From contig QPMI01000417.1 in NCBI GenBank assembly GCA_004431415.1, forward strand, positions 124,001 to 188,000: a DNA stretch of 64,000 nucleotides, given 5' to 3'. Made by a program: the position numbers and the translations under genes. The notes beneath the pieces are model-generated. The model saw only the letters and a program-made list of their open reading frames with translations, did no database searches and was not told where the DNA came from. Position 1 is the stretch's first letter. Each line of letters begins with the position of its first letter. Below, piece by piece: positions 46,083 through 59,071 of the stretch. This DNA comes from Cyanophora paradoxa CCMP329 (taxonomy: Eukaryota; Plantae; Glaucophyta).

Positions 46083-47501
46083 AATGATCCTGGTACGCCC
46101 CTTGCTCGCCGAGAGCGCACCTGTCCGCCAGTGCGGCCGGCGGCTGACCGCTGCCGCCGCAGAACATAACCGACGGCGAAGTCTGGGACCTGCTCGACTG
46201 CGCAAAGAACTCTGCCGCTGATGTGGAGAAGGCCAGCGGCTGCGCCGGGAAGCTCACCAAGCTCGTGCGCTACGCACCCGCCGCCGGGCGGCGCTTCGCC
46301 CCGGCGCCGCTAACGCGCGCGCAGATCTCGGACAAGCAGCTGACTCTTGACGACCTGAAGAAGGTCGCGAACATGGCGACCCGCCCCGCGGACAAGCCCG
46401 CCGAGGCCGCCCCGGAGAAGCCCGCGGCGCCCCCGGCCGAGCCGGCGAAGGCCGCGGCTGAGCCCGCCGCCAAGCCCGCCGCCGAGCCCGCCGCTAAGCC
46501 CGCGGATGAGCCCGCTAAGCCCGCGGCCGAGCCCGCTAAGCCCGCGGCCGAGCCCGCTAAGCCTGCGGCCGAGCCCGCCAAGGCCGAGGCGACCAAGCCT
46601 GCCGAGGCGCCGGCAACTGAGGAGAAGCCGGCGGCGACTGAGGAGAAGCCGGCGGCGACCGAGGAGAAGCCGGCGGCGACCGAGGAGAAGCCGGCGGCGA
46701 CCGAGGAGAAGCCGGCGGCGACCGAGGAGAAGCCGGCGGCGACCGAGGAGAAGCCGGCGGCGACCGAGGAGAAGCCGGCGGCCACTGAGGAGAAGCCCGC
46801 TGAGGCGCCGGCGAAGACCCCCGAGGAACTGGCCGCGGAGAACGCCGACGAGGCCGCCGTGGTGCGATGATTTGAATTTGATTTGATTCGAGGGCGCTGT
46901 GATTTGATCCGGTGCGTCGGGGGGTACACAGATGGAGGCGCGCTCGTTCATCGACGACGGCCTCAAGCTTGCCCAGGACCACGTGGCGAGCCCCGACCCG
47001 GCCTAGCCGCGCTGCGCCGCGCCGCGCCGCGCCGCTCCGCTCACGGACCGGCCGGCCGGCCGCGCAGCTGCCGGCGACCAAGCAGGATTTCGCGAACGAT
47101 TTCCAGGACATGATCTGGGCTTTCAAGCGCTTCGTCGGGGTACGCCGCGCCCTCTCCCGCCCCCTCTTCGCCCCGCGTCTCTTCCCATCTTCCCTCGCCG
47201 ACCTGCCCCCTCGCAGCTGGCGCAGCTTGACCAGGAGGACCAGCAGGCGAGCCGCTCCTCGAAGCGACGCAAAGCGCGCGCGCCGCTTAAGCTCACGCGG
47301 GCTTTTCGTTCGCAGCTGGCGGAGGAGCTCGCGGCGGCGGCGTCCCCGAGCGGCGCGATGGCTATGGAGGAGTCGGCAGGTGGGACCCGGCAGGAGCCCT
47401 GCTTCCGCTCCTCGTCTCTCATTCTGCTTCGCCGCGCAGGCTGCGAGTCCGACTACTTCGTCGACGATGCGGCCGTCGAGCTGAACGAGCTCGCCTTCTA
47501 A
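46083..47501 (+). CDS. Unknown protein with a central PAAEPAK/PAATEEK repeat linker; start uncertain
   Basis: Spliced exons NITDGEVWDLLDCAKNS..ISDKQLTLDDLKK..repeats..LPATKQDFANDFQDMIWAFKRFVG..DYFVDDAAVELNELAF*. Confidence 0.72.
46610..46798 (+). repeat. 21-bp coding minisatellite (PAATEEK, about 9 copies)
   Basis: ccggcggcgaccgaggagaag tandem copies, preceded by 21-bp PAAEPAK units. Confidence 0.95.
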
Positions 47502-48145
47502 GCCGCGCGCCTTGTCTTGTGTGGCGGGCGACGCCCGCGCTCGATCCTGGTATTTGACCTTGTGAATATAGGAAGGAAGCCCTTGCTATGCGACTTCAGC
47601 AGCCGCCCAGCCAGGCGAGAGATTTGATCCGGGCGGGCGTGGCTGGGCGTCGACGCCCGCGCGCAACCGTCGGACTGCGCAAGTGCCAGCACAGCATTCA
47701 CGTGCACCGAATCACCGCTGATCGATCCGAGCCAAGAGCTACTGGAGGTTCAGCAGCGCTAACCGGTGCACGTGAGCCTCGAGCTCAGATCTAGAGTGGT
47801 CCACCTCGACGCAACCCTATGTGCAATCAACCGGGTACAGGCGCAATTGAGCTGCCACGAAGTTGCCAACGGGGCTCGAGCTGGAGCTAGGCAACAAGGG
47901 GTTATCCTATTCTCGACTCGGCGAGGCGCAGAGCGAGCCAATCTTGCAGCAGCGCGGCCCGGATCCCTCTCAGCACGCGCCGCATCGGCGCTTCCCTTCG
48001 AACAGTAGCTCACGCTCCGAGCATGACGGAGCTGCGCGGAGCGCAGCATGTACGTATGAGTAGCTAGACTAGTAGATGCCAGCGTAGATCGGCCGAGATG
48101 CTAGAGGTGGATCGGCAAACTGTCCGGCCGCGAGGTTGTAGGGGC

Positions 48146-51100
48146 ATGTGGGCCGAACGTCGGCACCGGACCAGGCGGAGAAGTGCGCTCAAGGGAGCAC
48201 CGATCGGCCTTCCAACTTGCGTAGTGGCGCTGGCGCTGGCCGCGTTGATCGCGCCCGGCCTTGGCGCTTCCTGTGTATTCCAGTACGACGTAGAATCCCT
48301 ATGGGTCGGAGGATTCAACGCGTACTTCTTCATAACTTGCGACACGACAATCGGTGCGGCCGCCCGCCCGCACCCCGTGGCAGCGCCCGCGCCCGCCTTC
48401 GCTTACCACCTTGACTGCAGGTCCCGGCTACTCGATCTCCTTGACGCTGGCCTCGGGACAGGTGCGGGCGGGCCCGGCGCTTCTGCCGCCCGCCGCTTAC
48501 GCGCGCCCCCGCAGACGGCGTCGGGTTGGGGCGGCATCGCGTGCGCGCCGCAGATTCGAATCCTCGAGTCCTCTCCGCGCGCTCCCTTCTCAAGCTTTCG
48601 CGGGGCGCAGAGGGACGACCTGGTCGTGCACGGGCGCTTCCTGCGCTCTCTCCGTCGCCTCGGGGAGCTTCGCGCCGAATTTGATCGCCGGCGTGCGGTA
48701 CGTGGCGGGCGGCGCCACTCTCTCAGCCGTGTTCGACCCAGCAACGACGAACCCTTCCGCGATCCCGCGGCCGACGGCCGCGTCCGTCACGGGACCCGTC
48801 GCCGGCTCGCCGGCGACCGTACCCTGCTCCTTCCTCCCTGTGCCGGAGGGTGCGCCTTCTTACCCACCCGCCCGCCCGCCCGCCTCGGGCCGGCCTCACG
48901 CTGCCCGCCCGCGCCGCAGTGCGAAAGAACTGGCAGCAGCTGCTGCCCGCGAGCTCACCTACCCCCCGGCGCGGCCACTGCGGAGAGTTCGTGAACGGGT
49001 ACTTCGTTGCCGCGTTCGGCATGGACGAGTTTGGAATGTTCAACGACGAGGTCTGGACGCTCAACGTGAACGGTGCGGGCGCCGCGGCGCCGCCCCGCCC
49101 CCGCGCCCTCGCCCCCGCCGAAGGCAGGCCGGCGCGCCCCAGGAACGGTACCCATCTGGAGGCAATCGTGGCCCGCGGGCGGCCCGCCCGAGCCCCGAGC
49201 GAACGCGGCCTGCACCGCCGGCTCGGGTGCGCCCCCGCCTCGGTTCCCACGTGCTCGTCCGCTTAATCCCGTACCCCGGCAGGGGCGTACTGGAACTCCA
49301 TGTGGGTCTTCGGGGGGGAGGGCTTCTCGGGAAAGCTCGAGGACCTCTGGCGGCTTGACGTCACGGGGGGCTGTGCGCCGAGCCCGCACGAATCCTGTAC
49401 CCCCTCCTGATCGATTCGCCGGGCCGCAGCGACGGGTACGTGGACGTTCCTGGCGGGCATCGGCACCGCGCCCGAGGCCCGCTCCGAGGTGCCGCGTACC
49501 CCTCTCCCTCGGAAGTTTGGCCGCGTACCCTCCCTTTCTGACGCCCTCGCCAGGCGTCGCTCCGATTCGTCAAGGGCTGGCTCCTGTGCCTGCCCCCTCC
49601 CCCCCGCACCCGTACCCCGGCCCGCCTGATTCCCCGCAGCCTCTTCGGAGGGCTCCCCGTGTCGGGCGTACCCCTCTCCACGGTCCACTCTTTCAACCCG
49701 CTCGCGACAGAGTGGGCAGACGTTTCGGCCCCCGGGGGCCCCTCGGACCGCTACGGGCGCGCCTCCGCCCCGCCCCGCCCCCTCCTCCTCCTCTTCTCCT
49801 GACGCCACCCCGCAGAGCCGCCGCCTGGGCAACCGCAGGGGGTATCGCGATCCACGGCGGCAAGGACGCGTCGGGTACTCCCCTCAAGGACTCCTACCTT
49901 GCCACGCCCGGTACCCCCGGCCCTCTCTTCCCCCCCCCCCAACCTTCATTTAAGCGTACCCCCGGCCAGGGGCGACCGCGCTGTCGGCCGTGACGTGGAC
50001 CCCGCTGTTCGCGCTGGACGCGGCGGCGGCGGCGGCGGGGCCGGGGCCCCTCCCCTCTTACAGCGCGGCGGCAATGACCACCTTTTCCGGGAATCACGTG
50101 CGTCTAATTAGCACTGAAAGGAAGGACACCGTCCCGTTCCCGCCCGCCGCTGACCCGGATGGGCCCGTCCTGCCGCAGAACTGGCTGCTGCAGGGGCAGG
50201 GCGCGACGGCGGACCTGACCGAGGTCTGGTTCTTGTACCGCGACCCCGCCTCCGGTTCGTTCGTTCGTTCGCGCGCGGGGCGAGAGAGAGTTACATGGAA
50301 TGGAATGGCGGCCCCTGGGGGAACTTTCTCTTTCTTGGAGACACATAACGGCCCTTTCTTCTCAAAGAGATAGTACTAGCAACTCTTACACTAGTCTTCT
50401 CTTTAAAGACTAAGCCCCGCCCGCCCGCCCGCGCAGGGCGGCCTGCCTGGTCCTACGGTAGCGCGACGGCCGCGGCGCCCGCCCCCGCCGCCCGCTCCAA
50501 CCACGTCGCCGCCGCCGTACCCTGGAACGTCGGCCGGGGCCTCCTCTTCGGGGGGTACAGCGCTGCGACGGCCTCCGCCCTGAACGACCTTTGGTCCCTG
50601 GAGACGGGTGCGCCCCCCTTCGTCCACCCCTTTCGTCTCTCTCCCTCGCGTCGAAGCCCTTCGCCCGCCCTTCCGCCGCAGCGGTTGCGCCGTGCTCGAC
50701 GGCTACGCCTATCCAGCCGGGGGACCTCCTCAGCGGTTCCACTTTTGGCGCGACAAGCTGGATTGGACCGTGCGCGGCTCTCTTTTGAACAGAAACCTTT
50801 CCCGCGCGTATTCGAACCCGAACCTGAACCGGACGCAGGTACGTTTCCGGCGAGGCGTGGTTCTCGTTCGTGGCGCCCGCGAGCGGGATCGCGACCGCCT
50901 CAGCGTGCAACCCGGGCACCAACTTCGACACCTACATGTGGCTCCTCTCGTGCGCCGCCGGCCGCGCGAGCGAAGCGCGCCGTCGTTCGCACGTTGAGCC
51001 GCGGCGCCTTCGTGCGCAGGGCCGAGGCGTGCCCCACTGCCCACATAGTCGCGAGCGCCACCCTCGCGTTCAACGGTGCGCCGTCCCCGGAGGCGAAAGC

Positions 51101-54100
51101 GGCACCGTTCGTGTTCGAACCCGCATCCCGCAGACGACGACGCGGATTGCGCGTCGTACAGCCTCGCTTCCAAAGTCCAGGGCCAGGTCGTGGCGGGGGT
51201 ACAGTACTTCTTCGTCCTGGAGGGTTCGCGTTTAATCCACCCGCCGCCATTTTTCACCTGCGGCGTAGGCCCCGCCGGCCGCTGCTGATTCGGAATTCTA
51301 CCGGTGCAGGGTTCGAACCCGCCGAAGGCGATTACGCGATCTCGATGTCGTTCGTGGCCTTTACCCCCACGCCCTCCCCCACCCCGTCGCCCAGCGCGCC
51401 CCCAACCCAGACACCCTCCCCTTCCCCGTCCCCTAGCCCCAGCCCCACCCCCTCCCCCTCCCCGACCCCCAGCCCCTCCCCACCGAAACTCCTTCCCCTC
51501 CCCTCGGAAACTCCTTCCCCCTCCCCCTCGGAAACGCCGTCCCCCTCCCCCACGGAGACGCCCTCCCCAAGCCCCAGGTACCCCCTTCCCCTCTCGGCAT
51601 CGCGTTACCCCCCTGAGACCCCTACCCGCAGTCCCTCGGAGACGCCTACCCCCTCGCCCTCCGAGATCCCGTCGCCCTCTCCGACTGCGGAACCGAACGT
51701 TGTCGTACCCCCCTCGCCCACGCCCACGCCCTCGCCGACCGATCTGCGTACCCCCACCGCCAGCCCCTCTCCCTCCCCCCCTCCCGCCGCGGCCACACCG
51801 AGCCCATCGCCCTCCGGCACCCCCTTGACGGCCGCAACCGCCTCTCCCTCTCCCATACCCTCCCCCTCTCCCTCCCCCTCTCCCTTTCCCTCACCCTCCC
51901 CTTCTCCCTCACCCGGCGGCGCGGTCGCTCCTACCCCCGATCCGAGCGCGCGACCCGTCCCGTCCTCCTCCCCGTCCCCCTCCGCGACGCCAACGGCATC
52001 CTCCGCTGTTGTACCCGGGGCGCCCTCCGCCACCCCTACCCCCTCCGCGACCCCGTCGGGCCCCACGCCGACGGGTAAGCCCCCGTCCCCGACTCTCCCC
52101 CCCAAGAACAGCACGGGCCCCGCCGTCGCGGTACCCCCGGCCCCGACGATCCCTTCCCCTACCCCCACCGCCTCGCCCTCTCCGTCCCCCAGCCCCTCGC
52201 CGACGCCCACGGAGCTGCCGGCCGTACCCCCCGAGACTGTTAAATCGATGGCCGCTGCGGTGACGAGCGCCGTCTCGGTCTCCGCTGCCACTTCCGTCGC
52301 CATGAGGCGCGCCGCCCGCCCCGCCCCCCCCCTCCTCTCGCACTGACGGTTCTACAGCGTGGCGGCTAGCGTGGCTTCAAGTACCGCCGCGGGGGCCGCC
52401 GCCGGTGCCTCCGGCAACATCGGGGTACGAAGCGCTGAGTGATAGCAGGCTACCCCCCTCACTTCCTTCTCCCCTACCCCCCGCAGGGCCTCATCGGCTA
52501 CGTCCAGTGGATGGCGATCCTCAGGTGCCCACACCCCCTGCTCGATCCCCGTTCTTTGTGCTTAGGAGTACCCCCGGAAGCCTGCTCGACGTACCCCTCC
52601 CCGAGGAGTTCCTGGCCTTCTCAGACTCGTTCAAGTGGACCCTGATTCAGTTCTCGGTGCGTCCCCTTTCAGCCCCGCGTTCCGTACCCCCACTTCCCCC
52701 TTCCCGCCTCCCTCTCAACCCCCCCCCCCCCCCCCCCCCAGTGGCCGTTGAAGGACGATGACGGGTCGGACGGGATCAAAATCGGCGCTGCACCCCCCAC
52801 GGCCATCTCCTCCAAGCTGCCCATCGGTGGTACGGGCGGCGGAGGCGGCGGAGGCGGCGCCGGCGGCGCCGGCGGCGCCGGCGGTAGCAGCAACGCGACG
52901 CACGCGGCCCCGCCGGCGCGGGGCCGGGCGCGGCTAGCGCTCCTGCAGCTGACGCTGAATGTCACCGAAGCGGCGGAGGCCGCCGCCGCCGCCACCGCGC
53001 ACGCCGCCGACACCGCCCGAAAGGAGGCCGAGGTACCCCCCTTTTCATTGCTTGCCTTACCCTTCGCCCACCTTTTGACCCGGGGTACAGTACGCGCTGA
53101 TCAACAACGTGGCGGCGAACGGTCTCCTGGCCGCCGGCGTCGCCCTGGGCCACTACCTTATATACAGGTACCCCTACCCCGCCCGCCCCTGCGCCCGGCT
53201 GACCGATCCGCCTGCAGGTTCTTCCGGCTCCGCCGGCGCGGCACGAAGTCGGCGCGGGTGCGAACGAAGCGAAGCCTTCGCGCGCGCGCGCGCCTCCGAT
53301 CTGTGTACCCCTAACTCGCTCCCCCCCGCAGGTGTCGGACGAGTCGCTTCTACCCCCCAAGTCCCTCCAATTCCCCCGCCTGGAATTCGCGTTCATGACC
53401 GTGATCTACCAGGTTCGAATCCCGCCAGGCCGCTTTCGGTTCACCGCGCCCCCGCTGACCGCCCTTCTTTCGCAGGGCATGTGTATGACGGTCGCCGGCG
53501 TCTGGGCCGCGGGGGCCCGCTGGTGCGCAAATTTATGATCTCTAAGCCAATTCGCTAGTGCACGGTTTTTAGATTGCCACAAGATCCAGCGATAAAATGG
53601 GGCGGGGCACCGTCTTTGGGAGCCGCCTCGAGTTCGAATCCGGCGCAGGTACTTCTGCGTGGCGGCAGGGGCCGTGCTCCTGCTCGTTCCGGTGGGGTAC
53701 TCCGTCACCGTCATCGCCATCCTCTGGCAGGTGGCTGTACCCGCCCTCGGCTCTTACCCCCCTCTCCGACGCGAACCCGCGCTCAGCGACTGCGGCGGGA
53801 CCCTGTAATTCGCTTCCGGGACATGGGGGCGAGCGACGGGGAGGGTACAGCGAGCCCAACCGGCCGCGGGAGCCCCGACATCATCGCTATGAAAAAGTCG
53901 CTCTTTTTCCTTTCTTTTCTTCAGCTCCGCCACGAAATTCGATGCCTTACCCCCCTCGCCGCAGGCTTGCGTCGCGTACCCCGTCGACCCAGGGGCCGGC
54001 ATCGTCGAGTCCGCCCCCGCCTGAGGGTTTTGCCGCAGCCGTCGGCCTTGCCGCGCTCCGCGCCCGGTGCGGCCGGCTCGAACCTCCCTCACCTCTCTCC

Positions 54101-57100
54101 CCCGCCGAACTCATCGTACCCCGGCGCCGCGCGCGCAGGCTGGCGGCGCCGGCGGCGCCGAAGTACCTGGCGGCAGAGGGCAGCGGGGCGAGCTCCGGGG
54201 GCGAGAGCAGCGGGGGGGAGGGTCAGAGCCCCGGCACCTCAGACCTTCCCCTCGCCGGGCGCGGGGCGGCCGCCGCGGCTTCCGCCCTCCCGCCCCGCGT
54301 CCCCGGACACGCCGCGCCCCGCCGCGTGCGCCGCACGGCCAGCTCCGCGGTCTCGGGTATCCCCCAGGAGATGGAGGAGCTCTGCGGCGGCTCGGGCGCG
54401 GGGGCCGCCCGCGCCGTCTCAGATGACATTGCGGTCCCGCGGGGCCGCCGGCGGCCCGTCCGGCTCCCAGGAGCCGTCGACGCGGACCCGGGAGAGGGGT
54501 GGGGAGAGGACGAGGGCCGCGACGCGGAGGCGCCGGGGCCAGCGCCCGCGCCCGCGCGCCTGGACGCCCCCGCCGGACTCGGGTGGGTTCGAATCCGGGC
54601 GCCCCCGTTTTCTCCCCTCATTCGATCGGCCGCAGGGGCAGCTTCCGGCGGGCGGCGGCGGTCGCCGCGCGCGCGCCGCAGGCCCTCGGCGGGTCCATCC
54701 GGTCCCTGGGGGGCTCTTTCAAGCGGGCCGCCGCCCGCATCTCCGAAGTCATTTCGGGTACCCCCTTTCATCGATTCCCGCCCCAGAGCTCGGCGGGACC
54801 TGAGGGGGCGGTACCGCAGGCTCGTTCGGGAAGGGGCCCAAGCCAGCGGAGGCAGAGGCGACGGCCCGCGCTCAGGTGAGCCGCCTGAACGCCGCTCGGA
54901 TCGGGCGAGCGGCTCGATTCGATTCCGACGCCCCGCGCCGCAGGCGTGGCTGCTGGGGGGTAGCGACGACAGCGGGGACGAGGCTGTACCCCCCATGGCG
55001 ACCCGTATCCCCCTTGGGGAGCTGCCGAAGGCGGGAGTACCGGAGGTCGACCCCGGGGAGAGGAAGGGGCCCGTACCCCCGCCGCCCGCCCACCTCGCCC
55101 CGCGCCGCCCGCCCGCCCCCAGGCGCCCCGGCCAGCGGCCCACGTCAGTGCAAGCGGCGAGGGCGGAGGCGGCGGCGGCGGCGGCGGGGCGGCGCGCCCC
55201 GCCGCTTGCAGCCGCGTCGCCTCGGAGGGATGGCCAGCCCCTCCCGGCGCCGGCGGAGCACCCGGGCCCGATCGAGAAAGGGGGTACGAAACCCGACTCG
55301 CGGCCGGGTACCGCCGCCGGCCGCCGCGCGCGGTTCGGCGAGGACGAGGGCGTGGAGATGAGGTACCCCCTTTCCATCCCCTTCGCCTCTCTTCGCCCGT
55401 CCCCCCGTCCTGCCCCCGACTCTCTCAATCCTCAGGGAGATCCCTGCGCGCGACGTACCCCCCGAGAGCGAGGCCCGCGAGAAGAGCGTAGCTGACGCGA
55501 TCAGCGACGACGAGGGGACCACCGTCGAGGGGGGTACCACCGCCTCATTCAAGGTGCCCCCCCTTTCGCCATCTCTCCTTGTCCCTCCGGCCGACCCGCC
55601 CGCGGCCAGAGCTTTGCAGAGGACAATGGCGGGGACGACGATGAGGGGAGGGCGGGGGGCGAGGCCGGCGATTTGCCCTCGAGCCCCGAGGCCCCCGCCT
55701 CGGCTCACGCCGAGTCGGCCCCGAGCTCTCCCCCCCTGCCCCCGGCCGAGCGCAGGGGTACGCAGCTCCCGTCCCGTCCGATTCTTCGCCCACCGACTCG
55801 AACGCGTACCCCCGCAGTGCTCGGCTGGCGCGTGTCCTCCTCCGCGGCCGGCGGGCCGCTTCCGGTCGGGGGGGAGGAACCCGGAGACTCCTGGGAGGAC
55901 GCTGTAGCCCCCCTCGGTCCGCTCGCTCGCCCCTGTACCCCTCAGCCCCGCCGCCCCGCCCCGCCCCGCCCCCCTCCGACACGGAGCGAACGAGCAGGGC
56001 CCGGCGGGGAGAGCCGCTCGCCGTCTCCCGAGCGGGGGCGGCGCCAGAGAAGGGGCAAGCTCGATGGGACGGCGCCCTCGCTCTGCGTCTCCGAGGTCCG
56101 GAGGCTGTACCCCCCTTGCCTTCTTCCGTTACCCGGCCTGACCGGCCCTCGCTCAGCCGGCGGGCCCGGCGCCGCCCTCGCCGCGCGACGGGGAGGACGG
56201 GGCCGGGGCCGCGCGGGCCCTGGTCGGCCGCCGCCTCTCCAGCGCCGCTTCCTCCATCGCGGCCGAGGCCGCCGCCTCCCTTCTCGGGCCCCGCAAATCC
56301 GGCGCCGGCGCCGGCGCCAAGGGAGAGGCCAAGGCTGCTGCGGCCGGCACGCGCCTCTCGAGTGCGGCGTCGTCGGCGGCGGCGGAGGCGGCGGCGGCGC
56401 TCTTAGGGCCCCGCAAGTCCGGCGCCGGCGCCGGCGTGGCCCCCTCGGGCGTCTCTTCCCCCGCCCAGGTCCTCTATCCTCTGCTAGCCTTCCTCCTCCC
56501 CCCCCCCCCCCCCCCCCCGACCCACTTTCGCCGCAGTCGATCGCGGCGGTTCTCAGCCGGCTTTCATCCCCCGTCCAGAGCCTCGCCGTACCCCTCCAGG
56601 TCCGCTCGTTCCCCTACTCGCACCGCCTCCGTCCCCCTCTCCTCTTACACCCGGCCGGCAGCACCGGGCGCGGGTGGTGAGCCCGGCCGTGTCGGCGGCC
56701 TCCGTCGGGTCGGCCTCCAAGTGGGCCGCCGTCCGCAAGCAGGCGCGCGCGACGATCTGAATTAAGGATTCCTCGGGGATCCTGACTTTTGGGGGGGGTA
56801 CAGGTCGTGCGGAAGCCGTCGATGCTGCGCAACCCTTTTTACATCGTCGGTCCGCCCCGGGCCCCTTTTCCTCGTGTCTATTTTTAGATGCGCAGGCTTT
56901 TGTGGTTGACGCGCCGGCGCGCGCGCAGGCGAGTGGGGGCCGCGCATGCCAAAGGGCGTCACGTTGACGCCGGTGCGCCGTCCCCTTAGCCTCTTGGCTA
57001 CTCTCGACGACGTACCCCCCGCAGGAGGCGGCGGAGGCGCGGGCGGCCGCCGCGAACGACTTCGCGGCGCGCTTCGCCCCCCTCTTCGAGGTCCGCGTAC

Positions 57101-57984
57101 CCCCTCTAACCCCATGTACCCCCGCACCGACTGCTATTTTTAGAACTACCGGTACGGGCGGCTGGCCTTCCTCTTCTACGGCCTCGACCTCCTCAAGATC
57201 CTCTTCGTCGTGCGTACCCCTCTTCCCCGCACTTAAACTGCGTACCCCCCTCTCTGCACCGGAATCGCGTCGGACGGACTTGAGTGACTGAGCACGTCCC
57301 CCTCCGGCCTTCCACCCCGCCCCGCCCCGCCCCGCCCCCAGGCGCTCGTGCTGGGCCTGGTGCGGCACGGCCTCGCCCAGATCTGCCTCCTCCTCGCCCT
57401 CCAGGCGCGCCCGTACCCCCCTGTCGCTCCTCCCCCCCTCTTTCTTCTTAGCTCCCTTCGGGGGCAGGGGGTGACGATCGGCTACCTCGTGGCGAGCCGC
57501 CCCTTCCGCAAGCGATCCGAGAACATCATGCAGGTGCGGCCGCCGGGTCTGTCTGTCTTTAGGCTTGCACCGCTTGGTTACTTTTTGTGATCCTATGTAC
57601 TATAGCAGCCCCCGAGACCCGGCGCTGACTAACTGACGCCCTTTCCCCGTCAGATCGTGGCGAACGGGGGCCAGGCGGCGGTGTACGTCATCTGCGGCCT
57701 CATCTGGGCCCGCCGCATCTCCGACTCCCTCTCCACCGAGCTCATGATCAAGGCGCGCCCCCGCCCGCCCGCCCTTGCGTCGTGTCTCTTGTTGAATATT
57801 TCTCTTCACCTAAACGTCTAAGCTTCTATGCCTTAGCGTCAGAGCTCGACTAAGCTCCCTATAATCAGCGCCTCGGCGCCTGCCTTCACCTGACCCCGCC
57901 TGACATCAGATCATGTTCGCGGTGGCGCTGCTGCTCGGGGCCCACAACCTCGCCGGCCAGGTGCGGGCCGGGCGGGGGGTTGGG

Positions 57985-58024
<40 letters not shown>

Positions 58025-58522
58025 TGTCACAGAGAGGCCGGGGGTGCGGGGCTCGGGGGTTTGGCTAGGCGTCCTCGGCCTTCGTACCCGCCCCCGACGC
58101 CGGCCCCCCGCCGCCGCAGATCGTGGCCGCGCCGGCCCTCGTCCGCTCCATCATCGCCAAGATCCGCTCCCTCCGCGCCAGGTGCCCGCGCTGTAACCCC
58201 CCGCAGCTGCGGGCGTACCCCCCTCCCGGATCGCCGGGCCGCTGAATCGCCTTCTTTCGCTCGAAGCAACTCGTCGCGGAGCTCGCGGAGCATCGCGGAG
58301 GCGATGGCGGCGGAGCGGGAGCGCGCCCGCAAGCGCGGCGAGCTCCTCGCCACCGAGGCCGGCTTCGACCTGGGGCCCGGGCGCGCGGGCTCGGGTTCGG
58401 GTTCGGGCCCCGGCGGCGCCGGAGCAGACTCCGCCTTGGCCGTGGCTTTCCCCCCGCGGCCCGACTCCCCGCGCGCCCGGCGCGAAGCCGAGTCGGCCTC
58501 GGCCGCTGGCCAGGCGAGTTAG
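48146..58522 (+). CDS. Giant membrane protein: signal peptide, Kelch-like propeller, PPC-like beta-domain, Ser/Thr/Pro stalk and TRP-C/FLC-like multi-TM region with a long cytosolic loop
   Basis: Signal [17 protein letters not shown]. Kelch-like [20 protein letters not shown] and LLFGGYS..LNDLWSL. (SP/TP)n at 51360-52230. TM segments [43 protein letters not shown] and [13 protein letters not shown]. Confidence 0.8.
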
Positions 58523-59071
58523 CTAGCTAGACAGCCCGATTCCCCGTGCGCGCGCCTCGAAGGCGGCCCGCGCCTCTGCTCACCGGCCTCGCGCGCGCGC
58601 GCAGGACCGCGCGGCGTTCGGCGAGCTGCAGCCGGCCACGTCGACGGCGTCCTCGCGCTCCCCGCCGGGCGCCGCCGCCTCCGCCACCGGCGCCGCCGCA
58701 GGGGCCACGCGGCGGGCGACGGGGCGGGACCTTAGGGTACCCGTCGCCTCCGCTTAACGGATGGCCGCCCGGCCCTTCGTTTCCTTTCGCTTCGTTTCGC
58801 GTGGGCAGACGCCGTGACGTCGAGATCTGATGGCGTCGCTCCTGCATGCGGTCGGAAGTATTGTTGTTTTATTTTCCTGTCTACATTATCTCGGGCCTAG
58901 TGCTAGATCTGTAATTTCCTCTCAGAGAAGGGCTAGTGCAGTTCTTAGACGCCCTCGCTATTTTTCAGACGGTTGTTCAAAGGGTTTTAGTCGTGCTTGG
59001 CCTGGCTTTGTGAACCTAGTCAGCCTCAAAGAAATTGATGGACGCTTTTCAAAATATCTCACCTAATAGTT

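Noticed and set aside
53597-55495. 632-aa ORF as a separate gene
   Set aside because: Reads through introns within the low-complexity loop of the TRP-like gene
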